From Planctomycetota bacterium (GTDB lineage: Bacteria > Planctomycetota > UBA1135 > UBA2386): a DNA stretch of 64,000 nucleotides. Positions within the stretch are counted from its first letter, which is position 1; each line of letters begins with the position of its first letter. The notes beneath the pieces were generated by a model. The model was given only the letters and a program-made list of their open reading frames with translations. It did not search any database and had not been told where the DNA came from. The position numbers and the translations under genes are program-made. The DNA lies in assembly GCA_965223545.1 (NCBI GenBank), contig OZ245006.1:4512001-4576000 (forward strand). Reading direction: 5' to 3'. Positions 22,863-31,542 of the stretch are shown one piece after another.

Positions 22863-23207
22863 ATGCGGCGGATGACGAAGAGAATCCCCGTGTGGGCTCG
22901 GGCGGAGATGCGCGAGCTGCTTCAAGAGCTGGACAACTCAGGCGTGACGGTCGCCGAGTTCGCGCGCCGGCGTGGAGTCAACGCAAACCGCATCTACTGG
23001 GCAAGGCGGCAAGCCCGAGCTGCGGCGGCGCCCACGTCCGCGCCGGCGGTGTCGGACTTCGGGGAGCTGGTGGTCGCTGCGGCCCCATCGCCGCGACGAG
23101 CAGCGGCCATTGAGTTGCGGGTGCCGTCGGGCGCGGTTGTCGATGTGCAGCGCGACTTCGACGAGGCGACGCTCCGACGGCTGCTCGGAGTCTTGCTGCC
23201 ATGCTGA
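22863..23207 (+). CDS. tnpA: IS66 TnpA
   Basis: SGVTVAEFARRRGV HTH-like motif; first ORF of the IS66. Confidence 0.8.
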   Translation: MRRMTKRIPVWARAEMRELLQELDNSGVTVAEFARRRGVNANRIYWARRQARAAAAPTSAPAVSDFGELVVAAAPSPRRAAAIELRVPSGAVVDVQRDFDEATLRRLLGVLLPC

Positions 23208-23581
23208 GCTTTCCGCCCTCGCCGCAAGTCAAGATCTTCGTTTGCCGGAAGCCGGTGGACATGAGGAAGAGCTTCAGTGGTCTGTCCGGTGCGGTCATCG
23301 ACGTGGTCGACCACGACCCGCAATCTGGTCACCTCTTCCTCTTCTTCAACAAGCGCCGGACCATGATGAAGGCACTGGTGTGGGAGCCGTCCGGTTACTG
23401 GGTGCTGGCGAAGCGACTGACGAGCGGCCGCTTTCAGGTCTTCGATCGCTCGGCTGAGAACAACAGCCGATTCGAGATTGCGAGTAGCGATCTCGCGCTC
23501 TTGTTGGACGGCATCGACCTCCGTGGCGCGCGACGCAGAGAAGTTCGCGATCAGGTGCTGCAACGACTGGCCGTGACTTGA
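23201..23581 (+). CDS. tnpB: IS66 accessory protein TnpB
   Basis: PVDMRKSFSGL, LFLFFN.RR..MKAL.W...G, LLLDGID. Confidence 0.92.
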   Translation: MLSFPPSPQVKIFVCRKPVDMRKSFSGLSGAVIDVVDHDPQSGHLFLFFNKRRTMMKALVWEPSGYWVLAKRLTSGRFQVFDRSAENNSRFEIASSDLALLLDGIDLRGARRREVRDQVLQRLAVT

Positions 23582-23611
23582 TCCGTCTCCGGTTTGTGTT
23601 AATCAGAGGGA

Positions 23612-25165
23612 GTGACGCCGCTCACGGACCTCGACGAAGCCAACTCGACGATCGTCAAGCTGCGCGCCGAGATCGAGCGCCTTCGCGGGCAGCTCGAACT
23701 GATGAAGCAGCGCACGTTCGGACGGCGCCGCGAGCACATCAATCCGAACCAACTGCTGTTGTTCGAGGCCGGCGTCGCGCAGCTCGAAGAGCTGCAGAAG
23801 CAGGCGCAGGAAGCGGAGCAGTCGAGCGAACTCGCGAAGCCTGACCCGAAGAAGAAGCGGAAGCGCGGTCACGGTCGCGGTCAGTTCGCCGAGCACCTGG
23901 ATCGGCATGTCGTCGAGGTCGACGTGCCGGAAGCGGAGCGCTGCTGCCCCGAGTGCGGCGAGGCCATGCACTGCATCGGGACTGACGTCACCGAGCGTGG
24001 CCACATCATCCCAGCGCGGTTGGTCGTGAAGCGCTACGTGCGCAACAAGTACGCGTGCCCGCACGGGCACAGGATGAAGATGGCGTCGATGCCTGCCGGC
24101 GTCGTCGAGAAGGCGAAGTACGAGCCCTCCGTCTACGCGCATCTTGTCACAGCGAAGTACGGCGACCACCTGCCGCTGAACCGCCTGCAGGGGATCTTCC
24201 GCCGCTTCGGGGCGCACGTCCCGAAGCAGACCATGTGGGACATGCTGGCGCGCTTCGACGAGATCGCGGCGCGTCCGATCCTGGCCGAGATGCGGCGCCA
24301 GCTGCTTCAAGAAGATGTTCTTCAAGCCGACGAGACCCCGATCAGGGTGCGACTGGAAGGCCAGAAGGGCACCCGGCGCGGTGTGCTCTGGGCCTGGCGG
24401 AACGCTCGCGGCAGCCCCAACGAGATGGTCGTGGCCGACTTCAGGGACAATCGATCCGCGAAGGGGCCCAACGCTTTTCTCGGCGCGTGGTCCGGGACAT
24501 TGTTGACCGATGGCTACGACGGTGTGAACCCGAAAGCGCAGCAGAACGCGATCACGCGGGCTGGCTGCTGGGCGCACGCCCGTCGGAAGTTTCGGGATGC
24601 GCTCACTGCTGGTGCATCACGGGCTGGTTTGGCGCTGCGACCGATCCAGAGGCTTTTCTGGATCGAGCGCGCCGTACTGTCCCGAGCGAAGGATCGGAAC
24701 CTGACCCGTGAAGCCCTCATCGAACTGCGTGAGACCGTTCGTAGCCGCAGATCCAAAGCGGTGCTCCACAGCCTCTACGAGATCGTGTTCGGCCTCCAGG
24801 AGGATCCGGCGACCGCGGGCAACGAACTGCTTCGCAAGGCGGTGAGCTACGCCATCCGGCAGCGGGACCCGTTGCTCGCGCACCTCGACGACGGCCGGCT
24901 GCCGATCCACAACAACGACACCGAACGTGACCTGCGCCACGTCGTGACGGGCCGGAAGAACTGGATGACGCTCGCCAGCGAGAAGGGTGGCAACGTGGCA
25001 GCTCGCCTCTACTCGATCGTGCTCAGCTGCAAGCTGGCGAAGGTCAACGTCGAGCGCTACCTCGAGGACGTCTTGGTCGCTGTCGCCACCACGCCGTCGT
25101 CGCGCATCGCCGAACTCACGCCCTGGGGCTGGGCGAAGGCACGCGCTGCCGGCCAGTCCTGCTGA
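23612..25165 (+). CDS. tnpC: IS66 DDE transposase TnpC
   Basis: CPECG, KYGDHLPL.R, ADETP, TDGY, CWAHARRKF, NN..ER.LR, GRKNW. Confidence 0.95.
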   Translation: MTPLTDLDEANSTIVKLRAEIERLRGQLELMKQRTFGRRREHINPNQLLLFEAGVAQLEELQKQAQEAEQSSELAKPDPKKKRKRGHGRGQFAEHLDRHVVEVDVPEAERCCPECGEAMHCIGTDVTERGHIIPARLVVKRYVRNKYACPHGHRMKMASMPAGVVEKAKYEPSVYAHLVTAKYGDHLPLNRLQGIFRRFGAHVPKQTMWDMLARFDEIAARPILAEMRRQLLQEDVLQADETPIRVRLEGQKGTRRGVLWAWRNARGSPNEMVVADFRDNRSAKGPNAFLGAWSGTLLTDGYDGVNPKAQQNAITRAGCWAHARRKFRDALTAGASRAGLALRPIQRLFWIERAVLSRAKDRNLTREALIELRETVRSRRSKAVLHSLYEIVFGLQEDPATAGNELLRKAVSYAIRQRDPLLAHLDDGRLPIHNNDTERDLRHVVTGRKNWMTLASEKGGNVAARLYSIVLSCKLAKVNVERYLEDVLVAVATTPSSRIAELTPWGWAKARAAGQSC

Positions 25166-25460
25166 GACGCGTCGGCGGTCGCTCTTCAACCGCTGGCCGC
25201 CATGGCGTCACCGGACGCTTACCCGCATCGAATAATTCTGCGGCACCAGGTGCCAACGAGTCGAAGTTTGGCATGCGACCATCGTAACAGAAGCGGCCGA
25301 GCGCTGGGCCTCGCCTAGCGCGCTCAGCGATGGGGGATGCTCTGGTGCTTTCGATCCCACACAACCTCCTTCTCGTTCTGGGTTTGCACGCGGTGACTTC
25401 GCTGCCGCAGCAGCGATACGCGAGAAGGGCTACGATGTGCGGGCAGGAAGTTCAAGAGCC

Positions 25461-25745
25461 ATGGCCGACTACCACAACACGCCGCAGCACGACTACGAAT
25501 CTGCGTGGAGAATCTGGTCGGAGATGACCGCAGAAGAGCAGGCGTCCGACGCCTGCATTAGCGATGCCGCGCTTGTCTGGTTCGAGGGAATGCCAGAAGG
25601 GAGGCGGATTCACCTTGTCACCAATGGTGTTCCAGACGGACCCCCAGATTTAGCATGGGAAGTGAATCTTCCAGAGAAGATTGTTGGATTCGTCACGCTC
25701 ATACTTGTTGAGCTGTCCGTCTTAGGTTGGCTGGTTTCGAGATGA
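25461..25745 (+). CDS. Small hypothetical membrane protein
   Basis: Open frame with a C-terminal hydrophobic helix; lower GC. Confidence 0.45.
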   Translation: MADYHNTPQHDYESAWRIWSEMTAEEQASDACISDAALVWFEGMPEGRRIHLVTNGVPDGPPDLAWEVNLPEKIVGFVTLILVELSVLGWLVSR

Positions 25746-25757
25746 GAGGCTGAGAGC

Positions 25758-26183
25758 ATGGGGTATCAAGCAAACGCCGGTCAATGGCAGCGTATACAGG
25801 AAGAAGAAAGGCGCCTCTGGGAGGAGGCTCGAAGACAAGAGGACCTCGACCGTGTTTTTGAAGAGGAGCAAAGGCAGCGCGCGCTTGAGCGTGAACGAAG
25901 CCTCCAGAACGAATACCGGGAACGGTCTCAACGAGCCTGTCAGCACTGGAATCAACTACCCGAGTCAACGAGACGGGATCTAGTTCGGGAGCACTTTGTT
26001 TTCGCAGTCCGAACCGAACACGCACGGCGCCATGTTGCGCGGGAAAACGAACGGGTCTTCTGGGCCAGTGCTTTGGAAGAGCTGACATCTGAGGAAAAAG
26101 TAGCCCGGCTCTGTCTTTATGTATTTATCACAACATCTGTGCTTACCCTTCTAGGTGTTATGACTCTTGCCTCACGCCTGTAG
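25758..26183 (+). CDS. Hypothetical coiled-coil protein with a C-terminal TM helix
   Basis: GAGG upstream of the ATG; E/R-rich helix followed by a hydrophobic tail. Confidence 0.55.
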   Translation: MGYQANAGQWQRIQEEERRLWEEARRQEDLDRVFEEEQRQRALERERSLQNEYRERSQRACQHWNQLPESTRRDLVREHFVFAVRTEHARRHVARENERVFWASALEELTSEEKVARLCLYVFITTSVLTLLGVMTLASRL

Positions 26184-27784
26184 TAATGGCCGACCATGGC
26201 CCAAGTGCTGAGGGACACCATGCCATCGGAGGTAGTGGTTGTCATGAATCGAGATGTTCATTAGTCCCCAACGGTCACCGGCGCACATGGATGCGCCAAC
26301 TTGGCGTTCCATGAACTCCGCTTGAGGCCTTTCCTGGGTCGGAACGTGCGTTGGGGCGAGCGTGAGACATCGCAAGTCGTTTCGCCGCAGCGCCGACCTG
26401 CCCCGGTTGCAGAGTCTTGGATAGCAGCAGAGAATCGCAGTTACCTCGCCCCCTGACTCAGCAGAGCGGAGTGACAGCATGCGGTTTCCGAACCTTCTCG
26501 TTCTCCCTTTTCTCTTGCGCACTCACGATGCCCGTTGCATCGCCAGGACAAGAGTTGGCAAGCCTTGCCGCAGGAGCACCAAAATGTTTCACGACATAGC
26601 AACCCAATTCTTCTCGCACACCACACGTGCCTTGGCCACAGCCTTGTTGTGCCTCTCACAAGCACCGAGCCAATACCTTTTCCCCCAAGAGTTCACGTCT
26701 ACTCAGAATTACGTCGTCTTCACTTCCATCACAAATTTCGTGGGCCACGACCTTTGGTCTACCGACGGAACGCCCGGCAACGAGACCCTTCTATTTCCAA
26801 TGGTCCCATATGCCTCAACCCTGTATACGGGTCTTATACCTGGTGCAACAGTTGCGTATGCGTTCATGCCAAACCCAAGCGGTCCGCCCACACTGGTGCG
26901 GACCGACGGAACCGTAGCGGGCACGCAGAATCTTGGACGCCACGAGTATCCTCTCCCCGGATGGCCTGTCAGCGGCGCGTCCCGCGCAATTACGATGGGA
27001 GATCATCTGTATTTTGTTTCCGCAACGTCGACTTCAAGCATACCACAGACTGTCATGTTGGCCGACTCTTTTGGGGTTGCAGGAATCTCCCAGCATTCGC
27101 ATGCAACTATGTTGGGGAAAGCGGGTGAGAGCGCCATTTGGGTAGCGGATCATTACGGAATAGGAACACCCACGATCATGTCGAGTTCGGTAGGTGCGAT
27201 GGCTCCAATCGGGCCGGGTGGATCGGGCTTTTTCGACCTCGGAGTCGAAACACCAACGACGCTCTACTTTACCGAAGCCCATAGGGTTAGGGCTACTAAT
27301 GGTCAGGTCGTTACAACCATCTTCACGTCAACGGGGGCGCTGGGATTCCCGATACTCCTTGGGACGATAGGCGAGACCGTGTTGTTCCAGGCAGATGACG
27401 TGCAGGGGCGCGGGCTTTTCAGTTTCACCCCGGGCGCCGGGTCGCGGGCGGTTACACGTTACGGCTCCCCTAATACCATCGACCGATACTCATATCGCAC
27501 CGCAGCTCGACTCGGCCGCGGATTGGTGTTCTGGGCGACTTTGTCTTCTGCTGGGTTGGAGCCTTGGTTCACCGATGGCACACAAGTCCGAATGATTGCT
27601 GACGTGAACCCGGGTCCCATAGGTTCAGGGTTCTCCGGTGCAGCATTCCACAGCGTGGGGTCACGACGTGCCTACTTCCCTGCACAAGCCCAAACTGGAG
27701 CGCCGGCGGGTCTCTACTGGACTGAGGGCTCAAGAGCGACACGCGTTAGCCCGATGTATCATTTGTCAGTGGGTCGAGAGCTAG

Positions 27785-29773
27785 CCCAACTTCCGCAGTT
27801 CGACGGGTCGTCACGTTGAAAAGCAACGACTTACGTCGATTGGTTGGCACTACATCGCGGTCGAACGGAGTGGCGCGGGGACGGATAGCCTCCTGGGTAG
27901 CTGGATGCCGAGCCGGTCGAGCAGGTGCGCCTGCGCCTCGTTGGGGGTGACCACGCAGCGGACCCGGAGTTCGCGGCCGTCAGTAGTTGGCAGGAGCACG
28001 TCTGCGCTTTGGACCTGACGGAGCTCCTCGAGGATGGCGGCCGGGCTGTTGCCGAGTCCGGCCTTCTCCTGCCAGAGCTCGAGCGTTTTCCACAAGGCGT
28101 AGGCGAGGAAGCAGACGAGGATGTGCGCCCTGACCCGGTCCTCGCGTTGATGCCACACCGGGCGGATCGACAGCTCGGACTTCTGGATCCGAAACGCGGA
28201 CTCAGCATCAGTGAGCTGGATGTACGTCCGCCAAAGCTCCTCATCTGTCCAACCCGTCACGTTGGACCTGAGCAGGTAGCACCCGGCGCTCTGGTCCACC
28301 CAGTTCGTGTTCTCACAAGCCTCCACGGCAAGCCCCGATGGTCGATCCGGGGCTTCGATCAACGAAACCGAGAAGCACGTGGAGGCCCGCGAGTTCTGGG
28401 CCAAGATGCGTCCGATCTGTTGATTGACGCGGTCCCGTTCGATCGACTTCTTCGACGCCGCCAGTCGGCGTTCGAGCGACGCAAGCCTCGCGCGAATGCG
28501 TTCGGCTGCTCGCGCGACAATTGCGGCGTCCTTCTCGATGCGCGCCTGGGAGCGACACAGGATGAACGTCTCCTCCCCGTCCTCGCTCGGGCAGAGCTTG
28601 ACCTCGACATCCTCACGAATGCTGCGCCAGTCTCGACGGTCGACGATCTCCTGTTCGAAGCGGCGCAGGTCCGAACGCGATGCGCCGATGACGTACCGTC
28701 GCCTTCCCTCCTTCAACCATTTCAGGTTGCGCTTGCTCACCATTCCGCGGTCCATGACCCAGATGCGATCAGCAGCACCGAATCGCCGCTCCATCGTCTC
28801 GACGATCTCGCGGACCGTCGTGACGTCAGTCCGATTGCCGTCGAACACTTCGTGCGCAAGAGGGATTCCCTGTCTGGTCACGACCAGAGCGATGCAAACC
28901 TGTTTGCAGTCAGGCCGGTGATCTCGGCTGTAGCCACGCTGCGCCTGGGGGTTGCCCAGCATGAGGCCTTCGAAGTAGGTCGAGGTCACGTCGTAGAGCA
29001 GCAAGTCGTACTGAACGTCGAACAACTCGCCGAGCCGTGCGCGGAGATGCTGCTCCAGCGCCTCTTTGTGCGGCAGGATCTGGTCGAGAGCCCGGTAGAG
29101 CCGGTCGTCGTTGACCTTGCCTTCCGGCAGGCCAAGCAGGTCGTCAAGCGCGGTCTGGCGGTACAGGACTTCAGCCAGGTGCAGCTCGCTGGAGGGCATG
29201 CACAACCGACAGATGACCATCGCTGCCGCCATCGTCGACCACGGGACATCTTCACGGCCCCGCGGCATGAGCTCCCAGAGTGCGTCGTCGAACTTCAGTG
29301 CGTGCCACAGCGCCAGGCCGACGAAAACGTCGCCGAAGCGGCGTGTCCGGTCGAGGCTGACCTCCTTCAAGCGAATCGACTCGACCGGGTCGTCGTCTGT
29401 CACCGGTGGCTCAAACAGGCTCGGGTGCATTCGGCGACCGGTCATCCGATCTGCCAGCGCACGAGCCCGGCGTCGCCCCTTCGCATCCAGTTTGCCCAGC
29501 TGCGCGATCACCTCCTGCCGCACTCGACGACCGTGCCGCACCGACCGAACGAGGAGCCAGTACTCGTGGGTCTTGCCGTTCTTTCTGACCGTCTTGCGTC
29601 GCAGGTACACGTCCGCCGCCTCGCACACAGTTGTCGTGCTCCCTGCCACACCGATCAACGGGGCGGGTTGGCACTACACGGCCGATCTGCGCCGCCGCGA
29701 CGGTGGATAGCGGGCTGGCGCCGCGCCGAGGCTCCGAATTGGCCTCAAAAATCGTCGAGCTGCGGAAGTTGGG
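27785..29773 (-). mobile_element. IS1634-family element
   Basis: IRs CCCAACTTCCGCAG / CTGCGGAAGTTGGG; CTAG duplicated at 27781-27784 and 29774-29777. Confidence 0.92.
27850..29610 (-). CDS. IS1634 transposase
   Basis: LYRALD, LYDVTSTYFEG, GYSRDHRPDCKQ, VMDRGM, E.AFR..KSEL.IRPVWH. Confidence 0.93.
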   Translation of the reverse strand: MYLRRKTVRKNGKTHEYWLLVRSVRHGRRVRQEVIAQLGKLDAKGRRRARALADRMTGRRMHPSLFEPPVTDDDPVESIRLKEVSLDRTRRFGDVFVGLALWHALKFDDALWELMPRGREDVPWSTMAAAMVICRLCMPSSELHLAEVLYRQTALDDLLGLPEGKVNDDRLYRALDQILPHKEALEQHLRARLGELFDVQYDLLLYDVTSTYFEGLMLGNPQAQRGYSRDHRPDCKQVCIALVVTRQGIPLAHEVFDGNRTDVTTVREIVETMERRFGAADRIWVMDRGMVSKRNLKWLKEGRRRYVIGASRSDLRRFEQEIVDRRDWRSIREDVEVKLCPSEDGEETFILCRSQARIEKDAAIVARAAERIRARLASLERRLAASKKSIERDRVNQQIGRILAQNSRASTCFSVSLIEAPDRPSGLAVEACENTNWVDQSAGCYLLRSNVTGWTDEELWRTYIQLTDAESAFRIQKSELSIRPVWHQREDRVRAHILVCFLAYALWKTLELWQEKAGLGNSPAAILEELRQVQSADVLLPTTDGRELRVRCVVTPNEAQAHLLDRLGIQLPRRLSVPAPLRSTAM

Positions 29774-30236
29774 CTAGGGGTCGCTCGAGGAAATGTCGTG
29801 TATTTCGGTGCTGCGGGGCTTGCAAGCGTTTTCAACGGAGCAACTGCGGTTGGCTTTGGGCTTGCGTGTGGTGGCTTGAGCCTTGAGGCCGGCGACCCGG
29901 TCCTTGGAGCATCGGCGCAGATATCGGGGCGCGGACCGGCCTCGGCTGCGGGCGCCTTGTTGCTTTCGACTCTACCTGTCACCAACTTCCCTCTGTTTGG
30001 GTGCGAGTTATATTTGAACCTAGCCTCGGTTGCTGTGGCGGGGACCATTGCGACGGATGTTCAGGGAGATTGGGCGACCAGCCTTGCGATTCCTGCGACG
30101 CCTGCACTTACTGGAGCGACCATCGCTACCCAGGCAGTTCTCGCAAGCTCCGTCTTGCATCTGTCCAACGCCGCCACCTTGACTCTGGGGATGTAGCATC
30201 TCCGCTCTTGGGCGCGACAGGAGTCGAAGGCGCGCG

Positions 30237-31529
30237 TGGTCCGAAAACTCAGCCGGTGCCCATCAGGGTCGTCGCTGGCGGATTCAGGCTCCATTCGGCT
30301 GTCGCGTGATGTCGGGTTCGGTCAGTGCGGGCAGGCCGGTGGCCCCGAGCGATCGTGGCGTGGGGCTTCGAAGAGCGTCTGGCCGTCAGGCCGCGGAGCG
30401 GTGGTAGCTGTTGAGCAGTCCACCGAGTCGCTCGTGAACGGCGATCTCGCCAGAACTCGCGGCCGGATTGCCTTGGATCAACTCGTTCCCGAGTCCCTGG
30501 TGGGGCCGTTCGGCATGGTAGTGGGCGACGTACTCGCGCAAGACTCGCTCGAGATGGGTCTGACCGAACAGGATCAAGTGATCGAGGCACTCGCGCTTCG
30601 CGGACTGGACCCAGCGTTCAGCCAACGCGTTCATGTCGGGGGCCTGGTACGCGGTGCGGACGATCTCGATTTCGGCGTCGGCGAGGATCTCGCAGAAGTG
30701 GTCGGTGAATTTGCCATCGCGGTCGAGGATCAGGAAGCGTTTGCCACGCAGGAAGCCGTCGTCGTCCGCGGTGAGGTTGCGAGCGACCTGAGCCATGAAG
30801 TCGGCACCAGGGCTCGTGGTGATGCCTGCGATGTGGACCGCGCGTGTGGCGTGCTGGATGACGAACATCACGTAGTGGGTGACGAGGCCGCGAGCAGTCC
30901 ACACCTCCGTCGTGAAGAAGTCGGCTGCCGCGATCACGTCGGCATGGGGCCGAAGGAAGGTGCGCCACGAGGTGGGGCGGTCAGGAGCTGGAGCGATGCC
31001 GTGGTCTTTCAGCGTCTTGGCAATCGTGGACTTCGCGACGTCGTGGTCGAGCTTCATGAGCTCGCCGCGGATCCGGCCGTAGCCCCAGCCCGAGTTTTCC
31101 GTCGCCATGCGCACGATCAGTTGGCGGATGGTCTTCATCAGCCCGGGTCGGCCGATGCGCTTGGTCGATCGGGCTGGGTGAGTCCATTTGGCAGCGATCA
31201 GCTGACGGTGCCATCGCCTGATCGTGTCAGGCGTGACGATCGTGGCGACCTGGTGGAGGAGTCGCCAGCCGAGCACCTTTCCCTTCGCAGCGAGTCGTCG
31301 GCGTTGGCCGTCGGTCAGACGAGGTCGCTTGTCGCCGAGCTGCTCGCGCAGGACCCGGTTCTCCTCGACCAGGTAGGCGACGACTCGAGCTTGGTCGCGG
31401 TTCACCCAGCCGGCGAAGGTGGCGAGGAGGAGTCGAAGAGGGAAGAAGTCTGTCATCCCAGGGGATGATCGGGTCTGTCGCGACGCGTCGTAAGCTGAGC
31501 GTTCTCAGGTCGATCGAGTTTTCGGACCA
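30237..31529 (-). mobile_element. rve-integrase (IS3/IS481-like) element, copy 1
   Basis: IRs TGGTCCGAAAACTC / GAGTTTTCGGACCA, flanked by CGCG on both sides. Confidence 0.8.
30386..31456 (-). CDS. Integrase core (rve) transposase
   Basis: WGYGRIRGEL, AADFFT, LDRD.KF, NA.AERWV.S.K.ECLD, RPHQG, LGGLL..Y. Confidence 0.9.
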   Translation of the reverse strand: MTDFFPLRLLLATFAGWVNRDQARVVAYLVEENRVLREQLGDKRPRLTDGQRRRLAAKGKVLGWRLLHQVATIVTPDTIRRWHRQLIAAKWTHPARSTKRIGRPGLMKTIRQLIVRMATENSGWGYGRIRGELMKLDHDVAKSTIAKTLKDHGIAPAPDRPTSWRTFLRPHADVIAAADFFTTEVWTARGLVTHYVMFVIQHATRAVHIAGITTSPGADFMAQVARNLTADDDGFLRGKRFLILDRDGKFTDHFCEILADAEIEIVRTAYQAPDMNALAERWVQSAKRECLDHLILFGQTHLERVLREYVAHYHAERPHQGLGNELIQGNPAASSGEIAVHERLGGLLNSYHRSAA

Positions 31530-31542
31530 CGCGCCCGAAACA

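Larger units (their letters stand above)
22815..25222 (+). mobile_element. IS66-family element
   Basis: IRs GTAAGCGTCCGGTGA / TCACCGGACGCTTAC; 8-bp TSD CCGCATCG at 22807-22814 and 25223-25230. Confidence 0.95.
22445..25274 (-). pseudogene. Hypothetical protein gene split by IS66
   Basis: Removing IS66 and one TSD joins MPNFDSLAPGAAELFDA in frame to ERLYKEAQFEW... Confidence 0.65.
26584..30196 (+). pseudogene. Secreted ELWxxDGT-repeat protein disrupted by IS1634
   Basis: DLWSTDGT, LVRTDGT, EPWFTDGT; removing the IS joins VGREL to GVARGNVVYFG in frame with ORF 29798-30196. Confidence 0.8.

Noticed and set aside
22180..26480. Short low-GC ORFs as integron cassettes
   Set aside because: No convincing attC (RYYYAAC...GTTRRRY) sites, mixed orientation and no IntI
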